IMG/VR virus record: IMGVR_UViG_3300046787_000200
Span: 124,001-188,000 of that record
Reading direction: 5' to 3' (one strand)
Length of the DNA stretch: 64,000 bases
This document shows, piece after piece, positions 36,574-46,576 of this stretch. The position numbers were made by a program, and so were the translations under genes. The notes beneath the pieces are model-generated. The model did no database searches. It had not been told where the DNA came from and saw only the letters and a list, made by a program, of their open reading frames with translations. How positions within the stretch are numbered: the stretch's first letter is position 1; each line of letters starts with the position of its first letter.

Positions 36574-37056
36574 ATGACCAAAAAATTACAAGAACTTTTT
36601 GAACTTCCTGAAAATAATGATAGAGGACTTACGATTCCACTACCTGAAAATATAGAAGAAATCACAACCGATACGGCTGATGCATTAGATAAGATTGAAG
36701 CCGCATTACCACAAGTTAAAGGCTTGGAAGCAAGCGATACTGAGATGGATGAGTTAGCTATATTAGCAACTAATAGCTATAAAGATTTAATGGACTTGGG
36801 AATGCAAGTTGATAGTCGTTTTGCTAGTGAGATATTCAATAGTGCTAGTTCATTCTTAGGACACGCTATAACATCAAAGACAGCTAAAATTAATAAGAAG
36901 CTTAAGATGCTTGATTTACAGCTTAAAAAAGCAAGTTTAGATCAAAAGCTTGCAGGTAAAACCGAAGAAGCCGAAGCTACACCATTAGGCGAAGGTAAGA
37001 GTTTAGACCGTAATGAGTTGCTAAAGATGTTGGCTGCTAAAACAGACGAGAAATGA
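36574..37056 (+). CDS. Hypothetical helical late protein
   Basis: ATAAATA 5 nt before ATG. Confidence 0.7.
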   Translation: MTKKLQELFELPENNDRGLTIPLPENIEEITTDTADALDKIEAALPQVKGLEASDTEMDELAILATNSYKDLMDLGMQVDSRFASEIFNSASSFLGHAITSKTAKINKKLKMLDLQLKKASLDQKLAGKTEEAEATPLGEGKSLDRNELLKMLAAKTDEK

Positions 37057-37081
37057 TAAATACAGAATATAGGAATAAGAA

Positions 37082-37711
37082 ATGAAGAGCCTAAAACATT
37101 ACATTGTAGAAAGTGTTCACACTTACAACTACACTATTAAAATTGCAGGAAACGTTGACAAGAACTTTGTTGACTTGTTTAAGTATAACTTAAAGAAGTT
37201 TGACCCAGTTAAAATTGACGAACCTAAAAGCACACCAATACAAAAAGATCCATATGGATTTCCTAACCTACACAATCAACCTGTTACTATTATTAAAGCA
37301 CAGTTCCGCTATCCAGCGACTGAGCCAATGATTCAACAGATTGCACAATTGTTAGGTTATCAAGTTGATATGGTTCGTGTTATCAGTTCAGATTTTGACG
37401 ATAGTATTAATAGTGAAGCAGAAGGTTATGCTAATGAGATGGATCATAATCCATTGTTGTTACACCCTGAATTAGAAGAACAACCAGGTGCTAAAGAAGC
37501 TAGCAAAAACTACAGTGACAGCTACTTATCTAGTATCAAAGATCAGGCTAAGGATTCAAAGATTGATATTCCTTATGCAGGTCAACAAACTAAAGATGCG
37601 TTTGATCCATTCAAGCCATACTTGGATGACAAACAAATGGGTGATAAGAGCCCAATGAGTACAATCAAACGCCCACCAAAGCCAGCAACTGGCGCTAGCG
37701 TATCAAAATAA
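37082..37711 (+). CDS. Putative head-associated protein
   Basis: Late box and SD; MKSLKHYIVES N-terminus. Confidence 0.6.
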   Translation: MKSLKHYIVESVHTYNYTIKIAGNVDKNFVDLFKYNLKKFDPVKIDEPKSTPIQKDPYGFPNLHNQPVTIIKAQFRYPATEPMIQQIAQLLGYQVDMVRVISSDFDDSINSEAEGYANEMDHNPLLLHPELEEQPGAKEASKNYSDSYLSSIKDQAKDSKIDIPYAGQQTKDAFDPFKPYLDDKQMGDKSPMSTIKRPPKPATGASVSK

Positions 37712-37725
37712 AAGGAACATATAAC

Positions 37726-39984
37726 ATGGATTTCAAAAGTTTATTATCACAACTAGACCAGTTGAACGAAGCTACAACTAAAACTAAAACTGGTATCAAG
37801 CATACTGCTGAGCCAGGTGGTTACGGTCGTAAAGACGATGAAGATGACGAAGGCAATAAAGTTAAAGCCAAAGACACTGAGAAAAAAGGTCGTGGTCGTC
37901 CAAAGAAAGCTACACAATCTTCAGGTGAAGATAAGAAGTATGACTTCAGTGCGTTTGGTGTAAAAGCCGGCAAAGATGTTAAGTTACCTAAGTGGGACAA
38001 GAAGAAAACTAAGAAGCATAGCATCAAAGAATATCTTGACCAAATGGATAAAGCATTGAATGAAGATGGTTATACGACTACTCCAATGCCGGGCGCTGTA
38101 GCAGTTAAAGATGCCGCAGGTAAAGTTGTAGCAACTGCAAAAAGTCCTGCAGCCGCAGAGATGTTCAAAAAAGGTGAAGTCACTCTTGGTAATCCAGAAG
38201 AAATGCACGAAGAAGATATTGGTAAGCACAACAATGCTACTACCGGCTTTGACGCATTAGTTCGTAAGCTAACACCTAAGTATGGTAAAGCAGCCGCATT
38301 GCGTATTGCTGGTGCTCAACTAAAGAAAATCAAAGAAGCTGATCAGCCTCCACGTGATGCATTAGCAAGTCCATTGACATTAGAAGCTAAGAAAGCTAAG
38401 CCAGACTTCTTAGATATGGATAAAGACGGTAATAAAAAAGAAACTATGAAAAAAGCTGTTTCTGATAAAAAGAAAGTTAAAGAAGGTATGGATCAAAGAT
38501 TAAATGCCGCACGTTCAGAAGGTAAAGCACACGGACTACGTGGTCACGCACACTGCGGTAAGAACTATGAAGACATGGAAGAAGCCCGTTGCTACCATGA
38601 AGGCTACAAAGAAGGTCTAGATGAGTGCTATGGTCAAATGCCAATTCAAGGTTATGTTGGTGAAACAGAATCCGGTGCTGATGTAGTCAATACAATGGCA
38701 AGCTATGGTGCTGAAGAAGGTGAACTAGCCGAAGCAGATATCGAAGAAAGTCCATTCAGCTGGGCCGCAAAGAACACACCAAAAGGTGAAAAGTTCAAGC
38801 TTGGTGGTAAAGAGTTTGTAAAGAATGATGCATTTGCTTTTGAATCATTAGAAAAGCAACTAAATGCATTGTTAGAATCTAAAGAAGATGTTGCTGAAGG
38901 TATGACTGTATCTATCAGCAAAGGTCAACAAGGATCTCCTGATTCAGTAAGTATCAATGCACAAGATGCGGAAGCTGATGAATTGTTATCATTTGTTAAG
39001 CAAGCTGGTTTAGGTATCTTTGGTGGTGATGATGCTCAAGGTCAAGAACCAATGACAGTTGATCACGGTGGTGAGCCTGCTGAAATTGGTGCAGGTGGTG
39101 ATGCTATTGAAGTAGTCGGTGACCATGATGGCATGATGAGTTTGATGAAGAAACTATCAGGTATCGGTGGCGGAGAAGAATCACACAGCGAAGAAGAAAC
39201 ATGTGAAACATGTGGTGAATCAGCATGTGGTTGTGATGATAGTAAAGAAGTAGTTGATGAAGTAGAATCAGAAGACCAAATGACTTATCAAATGGCTGAA
39301 GATAATCCTCCTGACAGCGGTGAAGCAGAAGAAGCAACTGAGATTGCTGACACACAACAAGCCAATGCAGCCGCAGCCGCATACAACCCAAGCCAAGATA
39401 TTGACGAAGGTGGTGACGGTGGCGAAGCAAGTGACGTGGGTAACGTGGGTGTTGAAGCCGGCGATGCTGACGAAGAAATGCAAGCTTCTATGAATGAAGA
39501 AGATGCTGATGAGAAGCAAAAAGATGGTTTGGAAGAATCAAGTTTTGCTAATCTTTACAAGAAATTAGCAATGTTATCTGAAGAATCTACTGCAGAAAAA
39601 GATGACAAAGCAGAAAAAGCCGCTAAGAAAGTCGCTAAAGATATTGAATATGATGAAGATCATAAAGGTAAAGATGACGACCAAGCTGAAGAAGCCGGCA
39701 AGAAAGTAAAGAAAGATATCGAATACGATGACAAGAAAGATAAGAAAGAGAAGAAGTTAGACGAGTGGGCTAATGATGCTGGTAAAAAAGGCACTGACAC
39801 TACATTCGAAACTGATATTGATTTTATGATGAATGTTATCAGCGGTGGTTTGAACAAGCGTAAACAAACTGGTCAAACAACTATTCCTGTTATCGCTAAT
39901 CAAGTTAATCGCACAGTATCAAGCGGAACAACAGATATCAATGAATCTGTAAGTGATTGGAAAAAATTAGCAGGTCTTAAGTAA
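37726..39984 (+). CDS. Highly charged, acidic putative prohead core/scaffold protein
   Basis: D/E/K-rich, many L/V/I-x-E sites, ends WKKLAGLK. Confidence 0.6.
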   Translation: MDFKSLLSQLDQLNEATTKTKTGIKHTAEPGGYGRKDDEDDEGNKVKAKDTEKKGRGRPKKATQSSGEDKKYDFSAFGVKAGKDVKLPKWDKKKTKKHSIKEYLDQMDKALNEDGYTTTPMPGAVAVKDAAGKVVATAKSPAAAEMFKKGEVTLGNPEEMHEEDIGKHNNATTGFDALVRKLTPKYGKAAALRIAGAQLKKIKEADQPPRDALASPLTLEAKKAKPDFLDMDKDGNKKETMKKAVSDKKKVKEGMDQRLNAARSEGKAHGLRGHAHCGKNYEDMEEARCYHEGYKEGLDECYGQMPIQGYVGETESGADVVNTMASYGAEEGELAEADIEESPFSWAAKNTPKGEKFKLGGKEFVKNDAFAFESLEKQLNALLESKEDVAEGMTVSISKGQQGSPDSVSINAQDAEADELLSFVKQAGLGIFGGDDAQGQEPMTVDHGGEPAEIGAGGDAIEVVGDHDGMMSLMKKLSGIGGGEESHSEEETCETCGESACGCDDSKEVVDEVESEDQMTYQMAEDNPPDSGEAEEATEIADTQQANAAAAAYNPSQDIDEGGDGGEASDVGNVGVEAGDADEEMQASMNEEDADEKQKDGLEESSFANLYKKLAMLSEESTAEKDDKAEKAAKKVAKDIEYDEDHKGKDDDQAEEAGKKVKKDIEYDDKKDKKEKKLDEWANDAGKKGTDTTFETDIDFMMNVISGGLNKRKQTGQTTIPVIANQVNRTVSSGTTDINESVSDWKKLAGLK

Positions 39985-40000
39985 TTAGTTCTGCACAAAG

Positions 40001-40028
40001 ATACCCGGCAATAGTCGGGTATTTTTTT
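40001..40028 (+). terminator. Intrinsic terminator
   Basis: ATACCCGGC-aata-GTCGGGTAT followed by a T run. Confidence 0.85.
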
Positions 40029-40078
40029 GGGTGATCGTTTTATCAATAACGATAAATACTTAATAAGGTGATTTTAAA

Positions 40079-43000
40079 ATGGCGCAACAGAATATTGACT
40101 TTGGTACATTCCCCGATGATCCATCAGCAGATGCGATAAGAACGGCTTTTCAGAAAGTCCAACAAAACTTTGATGAAATTTTTGACTCAACAGCAAATGC
40201 GGCTGTATTGTCAGTTAATAGATCGCCTGGAGTGGGCATAACAGTTGATTCTCCTACAGGTAATGTTGTAGTAAGTGCCAATATTGCTTCAATATCAGTA
40301 AGTTCAGTTACTTTAAAAGTAGGAACAAGTCCTAGCCCCACAACTAATACAGCAACATATACAAGTTATAGTCAAACTTTATACGTTGAAATTCCTGACA
40401 ACTTAAACATTAGTAATATCACTGCAAATGGATTTATTTCTGCTACTGGAAATCTAACAGTAGCTAATGCTAATTTAGGTAATTTAGCAGTTGCTAACTT
40501 CTTTAGCGGTAACGCTAACGGATTGTTCGGTATCCCGGGAGCTAATGTTACCGGTACTGTTCCTACTGCCACAACTGCTGGTACAGTAACTACTAATGCA
40601 CAACCGAATATTACTAGTGTAGGTACATTGACTAGTTTACAAGTAGGTGGCAACATTACACCTACTGCTAATATCACCTACGATTTAGGTAATAACACAA
40701 ATCGTTTTAAAGACATTTATCTAGCAAATAGTACAATTTATTTAGGTAATGCTACATTACAAGCAAATGCTACTGCACTTGTGTTAACTAATCCATTAGG
40801 TGGACAATTAGTTGTATCTGGTAGTAGCACATCTTACAGTAATGCGATTGTTAACGGTACAAGTAATGTAGATGTTTTACTAAGTGGTAATGTCAATATT
40901 TCATCAGCCGGCAACGCTAACGTTTTAACAGTAACAGGCTCGGGCGCAAACATCACAGGTACTCTAAGTGCTAGTGGCAATGCTAATGTAGGCAATATCG
41001 GTGCAGGATTGTTTGTTGGTTCTGGTGCAAGTCTAACTAGTATCCCGGGTGCTAACGTAACTGGAACTGTTCCTACTGCAACTGTTGCCGGTACTGTAAC
41101 AACAGCCGCACAACCTAACATCACAAGTTTAGGCACAGTAACAAGCTTAAGTATTAGCGGTAATGCGAACATTGGAAACATCGGTACTGCTGGATTAATT
41201 ACAGCTACCGGTAACATCGACGGTGGTAATTTAAATACTGCAGGTGCATTAAGTGTTGTGGGTAATGCTAACATTGGTAATGTTGGAGCAGCCGCAGGTA
41301 TATTTACTACTATCGCAGGTAGCTTAACAACAGCCTCACAACCCAATGTTACTAGCTTAGGTACATTATCAACATTAAGTGTGTCTGGTAATGCTAATAT
41401 CGGAAACATCGGTACTGCTGGGCTAATAACTGCAACAGGTAACATCAGTGGTGGTAATGTTAACACTGCTGGACTAATAACTGCAACAGGTAATATAAGC
41501 GGTGGTAATGTTAATACACTTGGCGTTGTAAGTGCAAGTGGTAATGTTATTGGTGGAAATCTAACCACTGGTGGTTTAGTAAGTGCTATTGGTAATGTTA
41601 TAGGTGGTAATTTAGAGACCGGTGGCACATTAAGTGCAGTTGGAAATGCGAATGTAGGAAATATTGGCGCAACTAATGGTGTATTTACGTCAGTAGCAGG
41701 AACACTATCTACTGCGGCACAACCTAACATAACAAGCACTGGCACATTAGCAAGTTTAAGTGTAGCAGGAAGTGCAAATTTAGGCAACGTTTCTATATCA
41801 GGCAATTTGATTGCAGGTAATATTCAAGTTGACAGTATTGTAAATGGTAATAGTAATGTTGACATTACTAACCCTAATGGTAATGTAACGATTGGTGTTA
41901 ATAACGTATCCAATGTCGCAATATTTACTACCACTGGAGCTCACATCGAAGGTATTATTATTGCAGACAATGCTACCTTAGGTAATTCAGCTAATGCAAA
42001 CTACTTCATAGGTAATCTATATGGTACTGCAAATACAGCTACAACAGCAAATACAGTAACAACTAATGCACAACCTAACATCACAAGTTTAGGTACTCTT
42101 ACAACACTAAGTGTAGCAGGTAATAGTAATTTAGGCCCAGCTGGTAACGTATATATTAGCGGTGGTGTAGCCAATACATATCTAACAACTGATACTGGTG
42201 GTAATCTAAAATGGGAAGCAATTAATAATATACCACCGGGCGGTTCTAATACATCAATACAATTTAAAGATGGTGCCACGTTTGGTGGTGACTCAAATTT
42301 AACATTTGATAATGTAACACGTTTATTATCAGTTAATGGAAACATAACTGCAGGTAATATAGCTGGTAAATTAACAACAGCTTCACAAAATAATATTACA
42401 GAATTAGGAACACTAGATTATCTTATTGTAAGTACTACCGGATATATTGCAGCCGGCAGTGCAAATATTACTGCAGGAAATGTGTATGCTAATTCAGGTA
42501 CGATAGGTGCTAGTTTACTAACAGGGGCACTTACTACTGGTGCTCAACCAAATATTACAAGTACCGGTACATTAACAAGTTTAAGTATTAGTGGTAATGC
42601 AAATATTGGTAATATTGGTACTAGTGGATTAATCACTGCAACTGGTAATTTAACTGCAGGTAATATAACTACTGGTGGTTTGCTTACAGCTATTGGTAAT
42701 ATCATAGGTGGAAATATAAACACTAGTGGTACAGTTACTGCTAGTGTATTAGTAAGCAACGTGGCTACTGGTACTGCACCTCTTACAGTTACTTCAACTA
42801 CTCAGGTTGCAAACTTAAGTGTAGCAACTGCAGGTCTTGCTACATATGCTACAACCGCAAACAGTGTTGCAGGTGGTAATGTTTCAGGTGCAGTTGCATA
42901 TGCAACAACTGCAAATAGTGTAGCTGGTGGTAATGTTTCGGGTGCAGTTGGATTAGCAACTTACGCAACTACTGCAAACAGTGTCGCAGGTGGTAATGTA

Positions 43001-43444
43001 AGTGGTCAAGTTGCTAATGCGTTAGTAGCAGGTACAGTATATACAGGAGCACAATCTAATATTACAGCAGTAGGAACGTTAGCATCATTGAGTGTTAGCG
43101 GTAATGCAAATGTAGGTAACATTGGTGCTGCCTCAGGTATATACACAACACTAAGTGCTTCAGGTAATATCACAGGTGCAAACATTAACGGTACCTTCTA
43201 CGGAGCAGGCACAGGATTAACTAGTATCCCTGGAGCTAACGTAACAGGAACAGTTCCAAGTGCTACTACAGCAGGTACTGTAACAACGGCAGCACAGCCA
43301 AATGTTACAAGTGTAGGTACATTAACAGGATTAACATTAGCTAATGCCGCAGTAATATCTATGGGATCGAATACAAATGTAGGTACATTAACTGGTAACT
43401 TTACGTTAAGTACAGGATCAAGGTTATTAGCAACATACGCATAA
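40079..43444 (+). CDS. Long tail fibre/baseplate-anchored repeat protein
   Basis: N-terminal DAIRTAFQKVQQNFDE anchor; many TT(A/N)AQPN(I/V)TSxGT and GNxxGGN repeats. Confidence 0.8.
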   Translation: MAQQNIDFGTFPDDPSADAIRTAFQKVQQNFDEIFDSTANAAVLSVNRSPGVGITVDSPTGNVVVSANIASISVSSVTLKVGTSPSPTTNTATYTSYSQTLYVEIPDNLNISNITANGFISATGNLTVANANLGNLAVANFFSGNANGLFGIPGANVTGTVPTATTAGTVTTNAQPNITSVGTLTSLQVGGNITPTANITYDLGNNTNRFKDIYLANSTIYLGNATLQANATALVLTNPLGGQLVVSGSSTSYSNAIVNGTSNVDVLLSGNVNISSAGNANVLTVTGSGANITGTLSASGNANVGNIGAGLFVGSGASLTSIPGANVTGTVPTATVAGTVTTAAQPNITSLGTVTSLSISGNANIGNIGTAGLITATGNIDGGNLNTAGALSVVGNANIGNVGAAAGIFTTIAGSLTTASQPNVTSLGTLSTLSVSGNANIGNIGTAGLITATGNISGGNVNTAGLITATGNISGGNVNTLGVVSASGNVIGGNLTTGGLVSAIGNVIGGNLETGGTLSAVGNANVGNIGATNGVFTSVAGTLSTAAQPNITSTGTLASLSVAGSANLGNVSISGNLIAGNIQVDSIVNGNSNVDITNPNGNVTIGVNNVSNVAIFTTTGAHIEGIIIADNATLGNSANANYFIGNLYGTANTATTANTVTTNAQPNITSLGTLTTLSVAGNSNLGPAGNVYISGGVANTYLTTDTGGNLKWEAINNIPPGGSNTSIQFKDGATFGGDSNLTFDNVTRLLSVNGNITAGNIAGKLTTASQNNITELGTLDYLIVSTTGYIAAGSANITAGNVYANSGTIGASLLTGALTTGAQPNITSTGTLTSLSISGNANIGNIGTSGLITATGNLTAGNITTGGLLTAIGNIIGGNINTSGTVTASVLVSNVATGTAPLTVTSTTQVANLSVATAGLATYATTANSVAGGNVSGAVAYATTANSVAGGNVSGAVGLATYATTANSVAGGNVSGQVANALVAGTVYTGAQSNITAVGTLASLSVSGNANVGNIGAASGIYTTLSASGNITGANINGTFYGAGTGLTSIPGANVTGTVPSATTAGTVTTAAQPNVTSVGTLTGLTLANAAVISMGSNTNVGTLTGNFTLSTGSRLLATYA

Positions 43445-43453
43445 GGAAAATAA

Positions 43454-44077
43454 ATGGTAACGATAGAATTGTTGACAGCAATGTGCCCAAAAACAAAACG
43501 CTCTATATTAGAGGGTTATGTTGAGCCATTAAACACAGTAGCAGAATATTATGAGATGTTTGAGAATCCACGTAGGGTTGCAGGCTTCTTAGCACAGATA
43601 GCACACGAAAGTGGTGGATTCAATGCGGTCATTGAAAACTTAAACTACAGTGCTAAAGGTTTGATGGGCACATTTAAGAAGTATTTCCCTACAGAAGATT
43701 TAGCAAAGCAATACGAACGCAAGCCCGAAAAGATTGCTAATCGTGTTTATGCTAATCGCATGAAGAACGGTGATGAGGCAAGTGGTGATGGATTCAAGTT
43801 CAGAGGTCGTGGATTGATTCAATTGACTGGTCGTGATAACTATACTAAGTTCGCAGAAGCACTAGATATGGATATTGAAAGCACGATTGCATATTTAGAA
43901 ACACCAAATGGTGCTGTTGCATCTGCTGGTTGGTTCTGGGACAATAATAAACTAAATCAATATTGTGATAAAGATGACTTTGTTACATTAACAAAACGTA
44001 TCAATGGCGGCACAATTGGTTTAGAAGATAGAAAACATCACTATCATTTAGCATTACAACATTTAGGCGCACATTAA
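43454..44077 (+). CDS. Glycoside hydrolase family 19 endolysin
   Basis: FLAQIAHESGG, ENLNYS, FRGRGLIQLTGRDNY, KRINGG. Confidence 0.92.
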   Translation: MVTIELLTAMCPKTKRSILEGYVEPLNTVAEYYEMFENPRRVAGFLAQIAHESGGFNAVIENLNYSAKGLMGTFKKYFPTEDLAKQYERKPEKIANRVYANRMKNGDEASGDGFKFRGRGLIQLTGRDNYTKFAEALDMDIESTIAYLETPNGAVASAGWFWDNNKLNQYCDKDDFVTLTKRINGGTIGLEDRKHHYHLALQHLGAH

Positions 44078-44078
44078 T

Positions 44079-46556
44079 ATGGCACAACCAGTATGGAATA
44101 CAACTGCAGGATTAATAGGTAGTTATCCAGCATTGCTACCAATGTCATTTACGTTATCTGCATCTGCAGAATTACCTGCTACTACGATAACATATACTCT
44201 GTTAAGTGGTTCGTTGCCATCTGGATTAAGTATGACTAGTTCTGGTATAATTTCAGGAACACCTAATTTAGTTACTGATGATACTACTACAACTTTTGCG
44301 ATAAGAGCAACTGATAATTTATTAAATATACGTGACAGAACATTTTCTATTGGTGTGTCAGGTTCTGCTATACCGCAATTCACTACACCTAATGGTAATC
44401 TGTTAAGCACACAAGATAGCATATGGATTAGTTTACCTATAACTTATAGTAATCCCAGTACAAGTAATCCGGTAATTGTGCAAGTTAAAGAAGGAGCATT
44501 ACCACCTGGTCTAGAAATTGACCTATTGGGTAATATTCGTGGGTACGCAACACCACCTTTAGTTACATTGACAACTCCTGCATTAGTAACTACTGCATCC
44601 GGTACATCAAGCAGTGCTAATTTAATAACAGTTACGTCTACTGTAGGCTTTGCGATAGGAAGACCTGTTATATTCTCAGGAAGCACATTCGGTGGTATTA
44701 CCGCCGGGCAACAATACTACGTTAAGACTATACCATCAGCAACTACATTTACGATTAGTGCCACACAGAATGGTAGTGAATTATTACTAACAGATAATTC
44801 TGGGTCAATGACTGTAACGTTACCTGCAGTATCTACTGGTACACCTACGATAAGAACATATAATTTTACGCTTGAACTGTCTAGCCCATTAGGTGATGAT
44901 ATCGGTTACTATTCTATTACTGTTGTAAATCAAAATTTACCTACTAGTCAAGGCGGACCAGGTAAAACACCTAACACTCGAAATCCAGTAATACTTAATA
45001 CAAGACCATTAACTTATGATTTATCAAATAGTGATCCATATTATGGTTATTACATTTTGCCACCGGTAGCCCCTTCACAATCAGCATTTATGGGAAGCTT
45101 TCAAAGCGGGGAATATTTTGCATTTAAAATAATAGGAAAAGATTTTGATGGTAATTCTATATCGTATGCCTTTTCAGGATTACCTAGTGAGTTAACCGGA
45201 GATTCACAAACAGGTTGGATTACCGGAACTCCTGAATTAACTACTACTGGTATAAGTAGCTATAACTTCAGTGTTGGTGTTTACAAAACAGATAGCCCAA
45301 CATATACAAGTGATTTCTTTAACTTTGCTTATAACTTACAGAAAGATGTTACTGGAAATATCATATGGACTAGTGATAGTGATTTAGGACAAATTCTAAA
45401 TGGCACTATTAGTAATTTCTTTGTAAGAGCAACTAGTGATGTAGCGTTGAACTATAGAGTAACCAGTGGTAGTTTGCCTCCTAATTTGAGTTTAGCTAAT
45501 AACGGAGAAATCATCGGTAGAGTAGCAGATCAACCTACTGATGTTAATTTGCCTCAAGGTACAATAACTGATTTTACTTTTACAGTACAAGCATACTCCC
45601 CTTTATATCCAGTAGTAACTTCATCTAAAACATTTACATTAGCTGTAGTTCAGGAATTTGATCAACCTACTGACACATTGTACATTAAGGCTACTCCTTC
45701 TATTAATGATAGACAGATTATTAGTACATTATTAGATAACACTTCATTAATACCAACAGAATCATTATACAGAGCAGATGATCAATATTTCGGTAAAGCA
45801 TCAAGTATTATATACGAACATGCATATGGTATATGGGCTAGTGATATTGAAGAATATATTGCTGCCGTAACACGCAATCATTATTGGAGAAACATTACAT
45901 TAGGTGAATTAAAAACTGCAGTGGCTAAAAATGCCGCTGGAGAAATAATTTACGAAGTAGTATATAGTGAGGTGATTGATAACTTAGTCAACCCATCAGG
46001 TGTTAGTATATCTAGCTCAATCTATTGGCCAAGACCAATTGATTTAGGTTTAGGACCATGGTATACTAGTATCACTGACATATATACTAGTTACAATAAA
46101 GACTTATCACCTGGATTTTACACTAGTAGAACACCTGGATATGCCCAAGCATTATATCCAAATAGCTTATACAATATGCGCAATCGTGTTGCGCAGGTTG
46201 TTGGACAAGAATACGATAGTAAGTTACTTCCATTATGGATGACAAGTCAACAAAGTAATGGTAGTACTCTAGGTTATACTCAAGCTTGGGTAATATGCTA
46301 TACTAAACCGGGACTTGCAGATGCAATAAAGACTAATATTGAAGCAAATTGGCCTTACACATTAAATCAAATCAATGTTGAAATAGACAGATTTAGTGTA
46401 GATAAGAGCGTTACATATGATTACAACAATCGTACTGTTCCACCTAGTTGGTCTGAACTTCCAAGTGCAACACCTACACCTAATCCATTAGACAGTAAAG
46501 ATTTTTATGTTTTATTCCCTAGAAAAACAATTTTACCGAATGAAACACAATACTAA
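44079..46556 (+). CDS. Baseplate/virion protein with Ig-like repeats
   Basis: SGSLPSGL...GIISGTP and GSLPPNL...GEIIG Ig-like (He_PIG-type) repeats. Confidence 0.7.
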   Translation: MAQPVWNTTAGLIGSYPALLPMSFTLSASAELPATTITYTLLSGSLPSGLSMTSSGIISGTPNLVTDDTTTTFAIRATDNLLNIRDRTFSIGVSGSAIPQFTTPNGNLLSTQDSIWISLPITYSNPSTSNPVIVQVKEGALPPGLEIDLLGNIRGYATPPLVTLTTPALVTTASGTSSSANLITVTSTVGFAIGRPVIFSGSTFGGITAGQQYYVKTIPSATTFTISATQNGSELLLTDNSGSMTVTLPAVSTGTPTIRTYNFTLELSSPLGDDIGYYSITVVNQNLPTSQGGPGKTPNTRNPVILNTRPLTYDLSNSDPYYGYYILPPVAPSQSAFMGSFQSGEYFAFKIIGKDFDGNSISYAFSGLPSELTGDSQTGWITGTPELTTTGISSYNFSVGVYKTDSPTYTSDFFNFAYNLQKDVTGNIIWTSDSDLGQILNGTISNFFVRATSDVALNYRVTSGSLPPNLSLANNGEIIGRVADQPTDVNLPQGTITDFTFTVQAYSPLYPVVTSSKTFTLAVVQEFDQPTDTLYIKATPSINDRQIISTLLDNTSLIPTESLYRADDQYFGKASSIIYEHAYGIWASDIEEYIAAVTRNHYWRNITLGELKTAVAKNAAGEIIYEVVYSEVIDNLVNPSGVSISSSIYWPRPIDLGLGPWYTSITDIYTSYNKDLSPGFYTSRTPGYAQALYPNSLYNMRNRVAQVVGQEYDSKLLPLWMTSQQSNGSTLGYTQAWVICYTKPGLADAIKTNIEANWPYTLNQINVEIDRFSVDKSVTYDYNNRTVPPSWSELPSATPTPNPLDSKDFYVLFPRKTILPNETQY

Positions 46557-46576
46557 ATACTAGACGGAAAACGAAT

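Noticed and set aside
40834-41805. Long minus-strand ORFs opposite the fibre, sheath and clpA genes (also 20000-20575, 42001-42345, 56170-56598)
   Set aside because: Shadow frames caused by low-complexity or biased codons on the coding strand; no SD, promoter or recognisable motifs
43439-43456. Stop read-through or frameshift extending the long fibre
   Set aside because: TAA-GGA-AAA-TAA gives two in-frame stops; the downstream sequence is the SD and start of the endolysin
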